The notes beneath the pieces were generated by a model. It worked only from the letters and a program-made list of their open reading frames with translations. It made no database searches and was not told the DNA's origin. A DNA stretch of 64,000 bases from Octopus sinensis. Lineage: Eukaryota. A program made the translations under genes and the position numbers. Positions 26,923-41,310 of this stretch are shown here, one piece after another. Numbering within the stretch: the first letter of the stretch is position 1; every line of letters begins with the position of its first letter. The stretch spans positions 153,202,001 through 153,266,000 of the forward strand of contig NC_042997.1 in the NCBI RefSeq assembly GCF_006345805.1, read 5' to 3'.

Positions 26923-28426
26923 TATATAAAAGTAGTTTTAGAGACAGAACCACCTTCAACTCAATCAACACTGAAAGATTTTATATCCGAACACTCCATA
27001 AAATGTTAAATATTAAATCTTATACTAACCATATCTATTCTGAATCCCGTATTTTCCGTCTATAAGACTAAACGTGTTTCATGAAAGTACGTTGGTATTG
27101 ATTAGATACGAGGTATCTAGTTTCAACACTTAATATATATTGCCTAACACATGCAAGCTGGAAGCTTTTTTTTTTTTCTTTTCTGTCATTCACCTTTTAA
27201 TGTCCATCTTCCATGTCGAACTGGAGTGGATTGTTTGAGAGATCTGAGGATTGCATTATGTTCCCGTGTTTGTTTTGGTGAGCTGGCAGACTTGTTAGCA
27301 TGCCGGGTGAAATGCTTAGTGGTATTTCGTCTGCCGTTATGTTCTGAGTTCAAACTCCGCCGAGGTCGACTTTGCTTTTCATCCTTTCGGTGTCGATTGA
27401 ATAAGTACCAGTTACGCATTGGGGTCGGTATAATCGACTTAATCCGTATGTCTATCCTTGTTTGTCCTCTCTGAGTTTATCCCCTTGTGGATAGTAAAGA
27501 AATAGGCATTTCGTCTGCCGTTATGTTCTGAGTTCAAACTCTGCCGAGGTCGACTTTGCCTTTCATTCTTTTGGGGTCGATAAAGAAAGTACCAGTTATG
27601 CACTGGGGTCGATGTAATCGACTTTAACTCTTTGTCTGTCCTATGTTTAGCCCCCTGTGGGCAATAAAGAAATAAATGTTTGCTTTGGTATGATTTGTAC
27701 ACATTGATACCCTCTCTAACAGCAACCATTTTACAAAGAACAGTGTTTTTTCTTCCTGGTGTTGGCACTAGTGAATTCACCAATAAATTTTAATTAAGAC
27801 ACTTTTTTAACAAAAACAAGAAGGGAGGGGTGAATTGTGGTATAGTGATTTTTGTCTTAAACATAGATTCACTCGCCTTCAAATAAAAAGTATGTCTGCC
27901 CCTTTTGCTTTTCTTTAAATAATATTTCCACTACAGGTGAAAATATTGTTACAATCTTTCTTGGCAATCCACAAAAACAATTGAACGTTTGTACTTGTCA
28001 CCAGGGACTTGTCAAAGCTCTGCGAAATACCACTAGGCATTTCACCCAGCATGCTAACAAGTCTGCCAGCTCACCAAAGCAAACACTGGAACATAATGCA
28101 ATCCCCAGATCTCTCAAACAATCCACTCCAAGTCGGCATGGAAGATGGACATAAAAAGGTGAATGAATGACAGAAAAGAAAATGCTTCCAGCTTGCATGT
28201 GTTAGACAATATATATTAAATGTTGAAACTAAATACCTCATATCTAATCAATACCGACGTACTTTCACGAAACACGTTTAGTCTTATAGATGGGAAATAC
28301 GGGATTCAGAATAGACATATTTAGTATAAGATTTAATATTTAACATTTTATAGAGTGGTCGGATATAAAATCTTTCAGTGTTGATTGAGTTGAAGGTGGT
28401 TCTGTCGCTAAAACTACTTTTATATA
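26923..28426. repeat. Inverted duplication, ~405-bp arms (26923-27329 / 28023-28426)
   Basis: The arms align as reverse complements at roughly 90% by eye, covering non-SINE flanking sequence plus the SINE head. Confidence 0.9.
27277..27680 (+). mobile_element. SINE S2 tandem dimer
   Basis: A full copy at 27277-27510 is followed by a second copy starting at the internal ATTTCGTCTGCCGTTATGTTCTGAGTTCAAACT. Confidence 0.85.
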
Positions 28427-28537
28427 TACGAATTAAACATTGAGAGACGTTCATTTTAGCATTTTAGTACATCTAATTTGAATGTTTTGTTCCTGTATAC
28501 TCGGAAGTAATATTCCCTAATAATTATAATAATTGCA

Positions 28538-28580
<43 letters not shown>

Positions 28581-31500
28581 GCATACATGCACACACGCAT
28601 ACAGACATACGTACGTACGCACACACCCGTTTATGTATGAGTGTGTGTTTGTGTGTGCATATATATATTTATACATTATCTGCTAGATAGATAGATAGAT
28701 GATAGATTTTATCATATAATATGTGTATATATGTTCACAGGAGTTTGATGCGCACGAAATGTTTCAATAATAGCAAGAAAGTTCGTATATATGAAACATT
28801 CAGTTCTATAGTGTCTCATACTGAAATTCGTGCAACCGTGAACAATACTCTTTCATACCGCTTCACAGCAACTTGTGAAGGGTATCTTCTTTCATATGCT
28901 TCTAATAATGAGAATGTAGGAAAGCTTTAAACTTCATTACTATTACTATAATTATGACTTCCGTAGTTTTGTTCGAGTATATATTGCACTACCAGGTGCT
29001 GCATTATCTTTTGGTGATATAGAATTGTGGTTGTATGAAACATGCATTGTTTTGTAGCAGGAATTGGTTTGATCGTGTCTAAGATTGCTTCAGCCGTTTC
29101 TTGTGTACGCTGTGAATTTTGTGTAGAGTAGTGATAATGAAACACGTTCTGTATGGTTTGCGTGAGCTGTGTTGTATTATTTGGGTGGCAATTGTACAGA
29201 ATATGTATTGCGTGAGTTGTTATCGATAAATGGAATGTATTCTAAAATGTGGTGCTTGGCTATGTTTTGTGTTATTTTTGTTTCATGTGAATTATAAACG
29301 CTATGTGTTTGCGTAGGTTTTCCATATTATTATGAGCTGGCGGTAAAGATCATGTGCTGTGTGGGTTTTTCCATATTACTATGAGGTGATTGTCTAGGAT
29401 TATGTAATGTGTAGGTTGAGTTATATCGATAGATGGCAATTGTGTAGGAGGTAGTGGTAATTGTATGTGAGTGCCGATTACCAAAAAAGTATGTGTTTCT
29501 GCTATTTTATTGGCGGATAATTGTATACACTATGTTTAGTAAGGTTACGAATTGAGAAGATTTTATTTAAAATTAGGGAGTGTAAAAAACGAAACATCCA
29601 TGAACAGCTTTATATATTTGCATGTTTATATCTCCTTTTCTGGTGCACTTTCTTATGTTACTCTTTGTAAAAGCAACGATCTTAAAAGCTGAATTTTAAT
29701 TCAGAGAGCATCTAACATATTCAGAACAACGATTGTGTGAATATTTTCCGTTGTTCTTGTCTCAATTCCGATGTAAAAGTTTTTGTATTGGGGTTTTTTG
29801 TTATAAACAATACCTTCCAAATAAAGGGAATTTAAAGTATCGAAAGAAAGAAAACATGCATAATTAAAACAACTCCAGTTACTTCTTATACTATATTAGC
29901 AGCTGTTATACTCAATATATCAAGTATAATTTGTTTGCTAGACTGACTGTAAATATATTTGCATTTAGTTTTAACCTTTTAGAAAGAAAAATATTAGAAA
30001 ACGAAATCACAAAGAAATACAAAAATAGCAAAGAATTTATAGTCGACTTCTGCAAACAGCTGTCCATAAACCTTTATTGCCTTCAAATGTGGTAATATAA
30101 TATTGATCCCTTCAAGTCTAAAGGAATGTAAATCTTCTATGAGGAAATAAGCTGATTATTAAATACATGTCTGTTTTGGGGAGATTTTTGTTAATGTCTC
30201 ATCACAAAACGAGCATCTCTTGCAGACGTTTTTCATGTTTCTATTAGAAAGGCCTTAGGAATGCGAGAGTTATGAAGTATTAGAATGATAACTAATGTTC
30301 TGATAGTTGAAAGAATTGCTACAGAGATGTAATTATACGAATTCGTCATGTGTTGTGAAAATGCAATGGCTTATTTCGAGTTTTAAAAGTGCTCAGTAGC
30401 ACTTTAGTGTTCCCGTATGTGATCGACAGTGTTCGATAGGAAATAATCAAAAGGTAAAGAAGATATTTTTTTCCCTTCACAGAATAATATTTCATACCAA
30501 CAAAACTGTGTTATCGATAGCTTTCTATGAAACATGTGAGCGAAGCAAATGCTACAATATAATACAGATTCTGTTGGATTCGACTTAGTAACACCACGAT
30601 TAAAAACTGGGGATTTTCACATCGTTTTCTACTAAATGCAAATATAGATTACTGGAAAACTAGTAGTAGATTTTGTGGTTCATAGGCTATCAACGGTTCG
30701 GTGATGACGATAACAGAGATATCTAGTATTCAGCCATTGCTTGAGTAAAATTTATTGTAGCGAGTGTGTGTAGTAGGGTATTAAATGATATGCCGTTCCC
30801 ATCCAAGCAAAGCTAATGGTGATAAACACACGTTCTATCCAGTTAATGATTTATTTATGAACAAATTAACTTTATCTAAGACTAACCTGGACATCTTTCC
30901 AATAGTTTTTTTTTCCTTTTTCCTTTTAACATTGCCTTGCAATATCTTGTATTCTAGTTGTGGCTGTTTTCCCTTTAAATACTGTCACATGTAGTCTCAT
31001 ACCTTTATCAACGTAGAAAATCTACGATCATACTGTATCCATCCATCAGCTTCTATTCTTTTTTATGTTGGAGACTATATTATCCGATATGTTCATCCAT
31101 AATTTTAGAGACTGAGAAACATTAACGTTGGAAGCCGTTTGAAACGGGTCACGTAGAGCTTCCTCCGTTGGCTAAAGTTTCATATTCGTTATTACGTGTT
31201 AGATTTCTCTGCCAATTAAATCTTTATTGCAGTTTCTAAAAAAAGCAATAAGGGACCTCGATTTTATATCCGTATACATATTTTATAATGTGTGTTAACT
31301 ACAGGAAAGTAAAATGGCGTTAACTGAAGTATAAGTGTGCCCATTTATAGTCCGGTTGTGTGTTTCTTACATAACGAGATTTTCTCTCCCGATACAATTT
31401 CTGCAGCTCAGATCTTTCCAAGCTTGAGTGTACATGACTGTGTTAAATATAATAATGCAAATCTATATTTCAATCAGCACCGTTTTGGGACCTCAAATTG

Positions 31501-34500
31501 ATTCCAGATTGACAAAAAATTACGCTCATTTGCAAATAAATTATTTACGGCTTAAATACAAGATCAACAGTTTTTAGCGACTATGAAAGACAGATTCGGT
31601 ATCCATAGCTGATGAAGCATAACGATGCAGAAACACATGGCTTACTATCCGGTTATGTCATTCATATCCCAATGGTGTATTTTCACACATATTGTCTGTA
31701 AGGAGAATTTCGCCCCAGCGACAGTTCCTGAAGTGAAAGCTTTCCTACTTTTAAGTGTAGACAAGTATGTTAAATATAATTATACACACCTATATACATA
31801 TATACTTATATATTAGTGTGTGCGTATGTATGAATGGGCGCGTGTATGTATCTATATATAATTAATATTAGAGACACTTTTACTTTCAGCTTAGTTTGAC
31901 GGATACTTAGAAATAAACTTTGATACGAATTTTCAAATATTTTCCACAAACCTTAACCACTCATATCAACGGCTCCCGTGAAAATATCAAATATCATTTG
32001 TTGCTAACACTGCACGGGCTCTAATATTTTAGGGAAAGGGAAAGGAAACATATGAGTACTTATATAGTCCTTATCAGTGAATTTAACAATATTGGTGAAT
32101 TTACATCACCGAAAAACTAACATGTAAATTCGATTATCCAGTACCTCACCACTGCTCTCATCTCATTCGGAAGTATATTTATTACACAGACGGTGATAGC
32201 TGCATTTTGTGATAGTTACATAGTCACTTATGCCAGAAAGGATTTTAAAATATACATTAGTTTTTCAGCTTGTAACATCATTCTTTCAATATTTGATGTT
32301 TTAAAGGGAAAGCAACAGGAAAAGCTATTCCTGATTTAAAGAAACTTGATGAGCGTTTTCTGAAAACGGAAAGTTTTAAGGAAAGTGAGCTGTAAAGTGG
32401 ATTACTTTCCTAATTGTAGCTAGGGGAATTTTATTCTTGTCACTAAGGGTTTTAGAGAAGAAAAAAGACTTTTTATTGGATTTTCCAATTAAAATAAAAT
32501 CTATTCGTAATTGAAGCGAAGATACATGTTCAATCACAAGTTTACATTCACGATAGATCGAATGACAGGAAGTGTGTGTGTGTGCGCGCCCGCTGTGCAT
32601 ACAATGACTCCGGATACAGCTATTAGTGTTGGGATTGTTCCCTACACTAATAGCAGAGTGTAAGAAACTGCTGTATAGTGTGTGACTCTTGATGTAATGC
32701 ATATACAGCAAGGCAGGTATCGGTGAAGAGATACTATTCCTTGTTCAACGTTGACCATATCGTTAAGTGACAACCTATCTCTAAGTTCTGATATGTTCTG
32801 GGCTGTGTGAATTTTGTAGAGTACTGTTTCTGTAACAGGCTATATACATATCCTACGATGTAGAATGTTGATGTTAAATTTGTTTTTAAAAAATTAGCTT
32901 CATCAGTTGAATTTATACCGGATCATTTCTCTTTTTCTTTTTTATGCTGAGTAAGTTTAGCTGAGTCTCCAAGTTTCTGTACGGCGCTTTCTTTCTTTTC
33001 TCAGAAATGTAATAGATTCGAAGTCGCATCGATATCCAGGTGATATTGAACGGAACTGCTGCTGTTCTTTCTATCAAAGTTTCGCATTTTAAACAGTATA
33101 TACTCAATAGAAGAATGTGTTCATTTTATGGATATTAATGACTATTATTTTGAACTTTGTATTTCATAATTATGAACCCTCTACCCATGCAATTCTTTTC
33201 TCTGTTCTGTTTTTGTTCAAGTTAAAAATCATTAATACTCTATATTACCCCATGATTATTGATTCATTACTTATTGATTTCTTTTTAGGTAAGTACGAAA
33301 TTTGATGCTTCAGTTACTTTCCTCATACGGGTCAGGTAAGCCACTTTGGATTGTTTGAAAAATATTAGTATTTTATTGTATCTTCCTGTTTCTTATGTTT
33401 AGCTAATCACAGAAGTTACAATTTGATGGATAAATTCGTTCGCTCTTAGTCCGTTGTTCTTGTTCAAATATATTCAATTGCATTTAAAGGAAAAACATTT
33501 GGTATTTCAGATTTGTAGATCAGAATGAAATTTGAAACTAATGTTTTAATGCGTGTAAGCCAGAGTAAAGTGCGTGAATATGCATATATTATGAGTGGAA
33601 TTGATGATACAAAAACAAACATATCTATTTGTTTCTTCATCACATAAGTGTAATAAAAATATCTTGCCTTTCAGTTATTAAATAATCTATTAATGCCACG
33701 TGAAAATACCATGCTATTAAGCGGAATATATTGGAAAATCCTTGCTTTATATTTCTTCTATTTCCTCTTTATTTGCCGACTTAATGGTTTTCAGTCCTTT
33801 ACACAAAATTTATTTCTCTGTTTAAATTTGAGAGCTCGATTTCAAGGGTTATAGAAAAACAGCAGCATTTTAGATTATATTATGCCACATACAGTGAAAA
33901 TGAAGCTGTACATTTGGTAACCATGACACATTTTCTTTGTATTTGTTTAGTTTACGATGGAATTAAATACTTGCCGGCTACAAACAAATTTTGTAGTGAT
34001 GTTTATTAATAGTTAAATTTGACAAAAACATAGTATTAAAGGAACGTTGTCGGCTCTTTAGAAAAGAAAATTGGCATTGTGAAATGTATTCTTTTATTTA
34101 ATATTCAATAATTCTCCAACATAATCAATATTCTGATTTTCATGTATTTATTTGGTATTTTTCATGCCATTTCAATCTAATCTCCATTCTATTTTAAATA
34201 AATAAGAAAAACTAAATGAGAGAAGAGTTGAGAAATTGGCTTTTTAATCCATTCCTCTTCTCGCTCACGCCCTCCAGTATTACTCTCCCCTTTATCTCCT
34301 TTTTTTATTTCTCCACTGAACACTTCTTTCTTTTTTCTTTCTCTGCTGCATGCATCGTTTCTGTTTGGTCTTTCTCTGCTGGAATGATAAAAAATTTCCT
34401 TGATAAACATTTTGAGAAAATCTCCAAAGCAATACTTTCATAGAATAACGATGTGATATTTTATGTCACTTTTGTATATGTGAAAGTTCTCATCTTGGAT

Positions 34501-35651
34501 TACTCACAAACATAATCTTTTGAATAGAGCAAAAAGAAAACATTTCAGACTTTGTTGAATAGAGTAGAAATAGTTTAGACCGAATTGCTTTCGTTAATAT
34601 TTAACTTTCCTCCTATGCAAATCGATGAAATACATATCCGTGAATCAAAAACAACTTCTCTTCTGTAGTTATATGTGAGAAATTAGGAACTAAACTCTGA
34701 ACGTTCAACAATTGTTTTAGATATAGACTGTTAAATATATTAAGGATTCTTCGGCAATCTATCCGAAACAATGTTTTAAAGTTTTAACCTTGTTCCCAGA
34801 TTAATCTAAAGCATTGTTCGCTCGGACTTAGTGGCCTTATAGCTTTCTCTCTATTGTCAGAATTACAGTTTCCGTTTCATCGATTTGCCCGAACAATGTT
34901 CATTAGGACAATTCAGCAACATCAACAGTAATAACAATAAAAGCTACAGCAACAATGACAACAACAACAATTTCAAATTGACTATACCACAGATATTGAA
35001 TTTACAAATAGCTTTCTGTATTATTTCTTCTTTTCCTACCACATCCTTCTTTCGCATATGCTTCTGAAATTACAAAATAAGACTAGTGAAAGAAGAAATA
35101 TTGAAACTTTCAATATCAGCAAATGAAAACTGACCATCATTTCAATAACTATATCAATTTCAAAAATTAGGCTAATAATCTTAATTTGGTGTTTTCTGAT
35201 AACGAATCTCTGGAACTGCAGAATAATAGCTGAACATATTTCCTTTTCGTTTAATATCAGACTAAGATACAATCATTATGATGAATAAGGCAAATGGATC
35301 AATAACATGAAGCATATTGTATATCATATTATTATTTAGGGGATAATAAAAACATGATATGCACGTCTGTGCTTGTCTGAGTTCTGGATTTTTTTTATAG
35401 ATTTATGCATTGTTCATATGCACATACATAAATGCATATACATGTAAATACATATGTATATACATATTTGAATTCTGGAAATACTTGCACCAGACAGATA
35501 TACACACTTACAATGTAACTACACAGGTACACATATATATTTAATATCCATTTATATATTTCTAAAGACTAATTTTTGGGTGGTATGGCATTATCTATGA
35601 TCTTTGCGGTACAGAATAGCTTGTTTCATATATCTTTTATATTTCATCTTT

Positions 35652-36010
35652 TATCTTTTGCATGTTTCAGTCATTTAACGGCGGACATGCTGGAGCACCC
35701 CTTTGATGAATTTTATTCGAACGGATTGACCTAGTACTTAAGATTTTTAAGTCTGGTAATACTCTTTCGGGCACTTTTTGCCGAACCACTGTTATGAGGA
35801 CGTAAGCACAAGAACACCGATTACTGAGCAATGGTGGAGGGCAAACACAAACACAAAGATACACACACATATAAATATTATATATATATACACGACGGGC
35901 TTCATTCAGTTTTCGTCAACAAAATTCACTCACGGCCCGTGACTAAAGAAGAAGAAACCTCACTGAGGTGCCACGCAGTGGGACCTAACCCGGAATCATG
36001 TGGTTGAATC
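35652..36010 (-). mobile_element. SINE S1, near-complete copy
   Basis: Tail TTTCAGTCATTT..CATGCTGGAGCACC, a middle segment, a CA/TA repeat and the head ACGACGGGCTTC...GGTGCCACGCAGTGGGAC. Confidence 0.8.
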
Positions 36011-36904
36011 ATTCTCGAGGTTGTATGGCCCACATGTATATGATGACGTGTTTCACTTGTTTACCTATACGGGTATAGGCATGGTTGTGCCGTTAATGAT
36101 TTAGTTTAGTTACGACTACAGTTGCCATTCAATACCGCCTCATGGCACATTGACCAAGTCTCCTTTACCATTGTTTCGAATGCAATTAAGCATTGTAATA
36201 AACGAAAGCTGTAAGGAAGCTCACGAATAGGACCGTTCCTGTTTGGAGAAAGTATACTGAATCCACAACCCCTTTTAACACATTGTCTTTGATTAACTAT
36301 AGAATAGTTTCCTCAATGATAGGTATTGAAGCTAGCTTCCACTAACTCTTCCACCAGGCACCTGATTCCTCAGAACTGCCATGGGTATCATCTCAATTCT
36401 TCATACTAAGCCATCATTTCAGATTTTAAAAAAACAATTTAAACACGTTATTTCGGATTTGATGCAACAGCTTGCTTGTAAACTGATTTTGTTGAAAATC
36501 ACTGGGTATGAAAGACCGCTGACTTTAGAACGGGTCATACTGTAGCGTATTTCGGTGGTTGGATAAAATTTTTGATTGGACGTTATGATGAGGGTTGACG
36601 TTTTAAAGGACATGCAGGGATTGTAAGAAAAGGCTATGATGCAAGGTGTCATTTTCTTTTGTTGAAGAAAACAACTATATTTTTGCATTTGGCTACCCAT
36701 GTGTGTAAAAATTAAAAAAAAGTCCGGACGAGTTTCATGAAATTTGAAGTGAGTATTGGAAAGCAAGATCAGTAGGAAAGGAGGGGATTTATTAGTAATA
36801 GTACTGAAATCTTAGTGGAGACGTTCGTTGCAAGAGGCCCAGTAGAACCGATTGAAACTTAGTAAGAGCTTTTTTTCTCTTTTCATAAGAGCTTTTTTTC
36901 TCTT

Positions 36905-37336
36905 TTAGTTTCAGGCCGATAGCTGCGGTCATGCTAGAACACCACCATTTGCTTTGCTACACTTTCACTAAACCTCCTCTTATATGTAACATTTGGTAAA
37001 TGAGGGAGTTTGACGTAGCTGCCCTCATCCATGTTTCTAGCCTTGAGGTAGGTTCATCTTGAACTCTCGACAGAAGGAGATCCATTTTTGTTTTGAAAAC
37101 GCCTACATCCATGCCATGCAGGTCCCTTAGGCTTCGTGAAAGGATACTGAAGAACAGTGGTCCCTTGAAGCCCAAGCTGTTTCAGTGCATTTTGTCTGCT
37201 TTTCGTTGGACTTCGTCTGTTGGTAGCGCAGGGCTTGGAATTTTCCTGCATTACACTGCACGTCCTTTTTCTCTGCCCGTGTAAATATATATTTACACAC
37301 ACACACACACACAGACACACAGACATATATATATAT

Positions 37337-37387
<51 letters not shown>

Positions 37388-38260
37388 TGTATATGGTATC
37401 CAACTCCTGTTGCAGATACGCAAAGTCTCCCGTTTTCTGTAACCTCTGACAGACTTTTGCGTCGTCTGCAAAGCTAGCAAGGGTGACTATTTTGAGCTGC
37501 TTAGGGCATGTTTGAGAGGGTCACTATGAACAGCAGCGACACTAAGACTGTGCCCTGTAAAACAACACTTTTATTTGTGTTTCCTTCAAGGTGGCCCCGT
37601 TAGCCACCACTACCTGACTTCTACCTTTTAGAAAGTCATGTAGCCATTCTCCAAGTTTTCCAACTACGCCAAGATTATGCAGTTTGTAACATATTATATC
37701 ATAGTCGATTTTGTCAAAGGCTTTTGCAAAGTCGAGGTACATCCCTTTCATATTTGAGTTGTTGAGAAGCTTCTTTAGCATCCAATCGTAATGCTGCAAG
37801 AGCTGAGTCAGGGAGTTTCTACCCTTCGAAAACCGTGCTGGATATCAGTCAGCAAGTCATTCTTTTCAAGGAATGCAATCAATTTCCTTCGGACTATTTG
37901 TTCCATGACTTTGCTGATGTGTGAGGTCAGAGAGATAGGCCTGTAGATTTTACATCTTCTCTACTCCCTCCTTTATGAATGAGTCATATCATTCCCCTCT
38001 TCAGTTTGTCCGAAAGCTTACCGTTTGTAAGGGAACTGTGAAAAAGAAGTTGCAGTGGTTTTGCATGGGCTCGTTTGCATGACTTAAGAAGGATTGCTGA
38101 GAATCTCTCGGGACCAGCAGTTGTGCTTACGTCTAGATCATCTATTGCCAGTATTACATCCTCTTCTTTAATATTGATGTACTCAATTTTTTTCTGCCTC
38201 GATTTCAGCTTCTGTAGTGGCAAAGAATTCTGTAGGTTTGCTTTGTGCACCGTTTTGTAG
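36905..38260 (-). mobile_element. Degraded, internally deleted CR1/L2-group LINE
   Basis: Fragments [50 protein letters not shown] and LGFKGP..DEPTS are homologous to 59148-61234. A CA/TA array lies inside at 37295-37385. Confidence 0.85.
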
Positions 38261-38691
38261 TGGGGTTGTACTTACAACGATTACTAATCGGTGTAATTGA
38301 AACATGTGTTGGACTTAGAAGGCAGTATATAATATATATATATTGATATAAATGAGTAACAGCAGGGATACAGTTGTCAATCCATTAGGGCCGTTTCTAA
38401 AGAATTCTTCAATTAATTAAGGAAAATATTAGATCATTGTAAAGAAATCGTTTTAGTCAGATGAATTCATGTTATGTCCTGTTATTTGTATTTGTGTAAC
38501 ATTCTCCGTTTTTTCCGTCCTTGTTTTCGTATACATTCGCTGCTTTCTTACAAGAAATCTAATTTTCTAAGCCTAGTTTTTCCTTCGAGCTGGCCAGAGT
38601 ATAACCAGCCGAAATTCCAAAGATAATCTGGAACTCGACTGAGGAAAGAAAATTCAAAATGACCCGCTCTTGTTTTCTTTGTATCGTCTAT

Positions 38692-38786
<95 letters not shown>

Positions 38787-38814
38787 CATATATATGTATG
38801 TGTATATATATATG

Positions 38815-39030
38815 TGACCTCGTGAGTACCGCTGGCGATTTTTTTACTCTGTCTTCCCTTCTCGGGATCTTTCATTCTACTATGTTTCCGACGAAGAGCT
38901 CCGCTCGAAACGTTAAATTATCCTTCTTCCCTTCTTTTCTGAGCGTCCAATAATACTTTATTTGTTCCACGTCCTCGTGTTGTTGTGTTTTTTGGGGGGG
39001 TTTTTTGTGTTTTCTTGTTTGGATTAACTT
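38815..39030 (+). repeat. Short interspersed repeat carrying a minimal hammerhead-like motif at 38885-38918
   Basis: TTT-CCGACGA-A-GAGC-TCC-GCTC-GAAA-CGT-T-AAA, next to a (TAGA)n array. Confidence 0.55.
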
Positions 39031-39239
39031 GTCATGCTTGAAGGATCTGCATAAAAGATATTTTAAAGATGTGAGCTAAGTATTAAAAAAATGTACTTAT
39101 GTCTTGGAATACGATTTAGCTATGTAGAGCTAAAATTAGATAGGTTTATAGAAACTCGGCTGATCTTATACATATAGATAGCCAACCTAGAGAATTAAGT
39201 AAACAAACGTATATTTGTCTTTGTGTGTGTGTGTATGGA

Positions 39240-39462
<223 letters not shown>

Positions 39463-40269
39463 CGCACACTCACGCACAAATACATCTATTTCCATAATTT
39501 TTATAAATACACAGGAATATATTTATACATATATATATACTTGTATGTATATATACATACATATACATCTATATATATATATACTTATACGTATACATAC
39601 ATACATATATGAATCTATGCGTTTCCATAGGAATACAATCAAATGATTTCCAGGAAACCTAATTTTAGCACTAAGTAGCTAAATCATATCCTATGGTACA
39701 AATACACGAACTTTTTTGTACTTCTTTCCTTCAGTTTCTTTCTGTTATAAATTCCCATACTTTTCCTGCAACCCCTCCCCCACCCATTTATTTACACTTC
39801 CCCCTGAACCCTCTCAGCTAACTTTAAATAGTTTTTTTATTTAAACGTTTCAGAGACGCACTCATTTACACAGGCACATATGTACAAACACACATACATT
39901 CAAGACCTTTCTTTGTACCTCAACACACAGCCACACACACATATACACTGAAGCACAAAAATGGATACATAACCCCACACACGCAGAAACATTTTAGCTT
40001 ACATGTCTCACACACGTATTTACCTTATTTGATCCTAAAGCAAGTACTATCAAGATAACGTCTTTAGAACCTGAGAGAGAACAATCTACTCTATCTTGCC
40101 CCTTTTTTTTCCAAACCATCCCAACAATACCTTTTTAAAAGCTGACCTCACAACGCAAGAATACTCTCAAAGTAAAAAATAAACTAACTATACATTTAGT
40201 CAGAATCCCCTTACACTGGAACTTATAAGTTACTGTCTTTTTCTTATTTTATGGTGGCTAGTTCAAATA

Positions 40270-41060
40270 TACAAACGATTAAATTCTTTTATTACTGTTC
40301 AGTTTGTTAATTGACCCGTTTTCAATGGTCAATTTATTTCAGCAGTTGGCTATGTCCTGTTGAACAGCTGTTTTGGTTTAGGACTATCTTGCGGTGTTCT
40401 TTCTATTACTACATCATTTTAGAATAATTATCCCGCCAACGATTACAACAAATTTCCAATATGAATCGTTTGTGTTCTCGATTAAATTCGTTTTTCCTCT
40501 TGAGCAAACACATTTTTATGATGATGTATTATTTTTCCTAGACGCATAGCGAGTGGTTTCCAGAACATTTTCTATAGAAGTGACGAAATCTATAATTCTC
40601 TAACTTATGTTTATATTCGCTTATGTTCCAAATATGTTGCAAAGACGTTAAAGTCCATCTATATATGCTGACGTACAAATACATAAATTGTGCATATCTA
40701 TATTTGATTGTTCTGACTATTACCGAATATAGTTTTCATCAGTACATACCACTCGATAGCGTAATTTTTTCAGTTAATTTTTTTCGTATTCTCGCGATGT
40801 AACAGTTACATCTGTGTTTAGAGTGAGGATTATGGGTTTGTAGCTTAGTTATTCACATTCTTAATAGTATTCATTTGGTCCCATGTTGGGAAATTTTGTA
40901 TAATACGAATTGAAGAGCCTGTTGTATCAATAATCTGCTACGATATATATTTACTCAACACCTCTGTAACTACATTAAACTGAAGGAGTGTTCAACCAAA
41001 TAGTTTTTCCTCTTGGATTTTTGGCTGTTTGTTCAACATTGGGTGTGTTAATGTTTCTTT
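40270..41060 (-). pseudogene. Highly decayed Penelope-like 3' region (linker plus GIY-YIG)
   Basis: The fragments RGKTIWLNTP (IWFNPP-like), NVVT..QIID, MNTIKN, RCNC, ENYI and TGH..IDH..LYI occur in the expected order, with many stops. Confidence 0.45.
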
Positions 41061-41310
41061 AAACCTGTTTTCCTTTAGAGCTTCATTGAATAATCAAATA
41101 TATTTTTATTACATCGAACAGCACTATTCAATAATGATGTAATTCAAGAATTCTACCCAACGATCTTTAACATGTCTAACATAATAAAATTAGATATTTT
41201 CGCTGCATTTTAACCATATATATATATATATGTGTGTGTGTGTCAGGATAAGAATTAGTGCAACAAATAAATCAAATACTAAATTGCGTTTGGTTTTGCC
41301 CATTCTGCCA

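Noticed and set aside
28930-29560. G/T-rich stretch with imperfect ~50-bp repeats (TTTTCCATATTA.TATGAG)
   Set aside because: Only about two degenerate units with no spacers. It is not CRISPR-like and the context is eukaryotic.
30484-30536. Exon-like segment with a good acceptor and a GTGAG donor
   Set aside because: The upstream donor would give only a ~28-bp intron, and there is no recognisable protein.
34745-34775. CGG-CAATCTAT-CCG-AAAC hairpin
   Set aside because: It lacks the hammerhead core and helix I, so it is likely chance.
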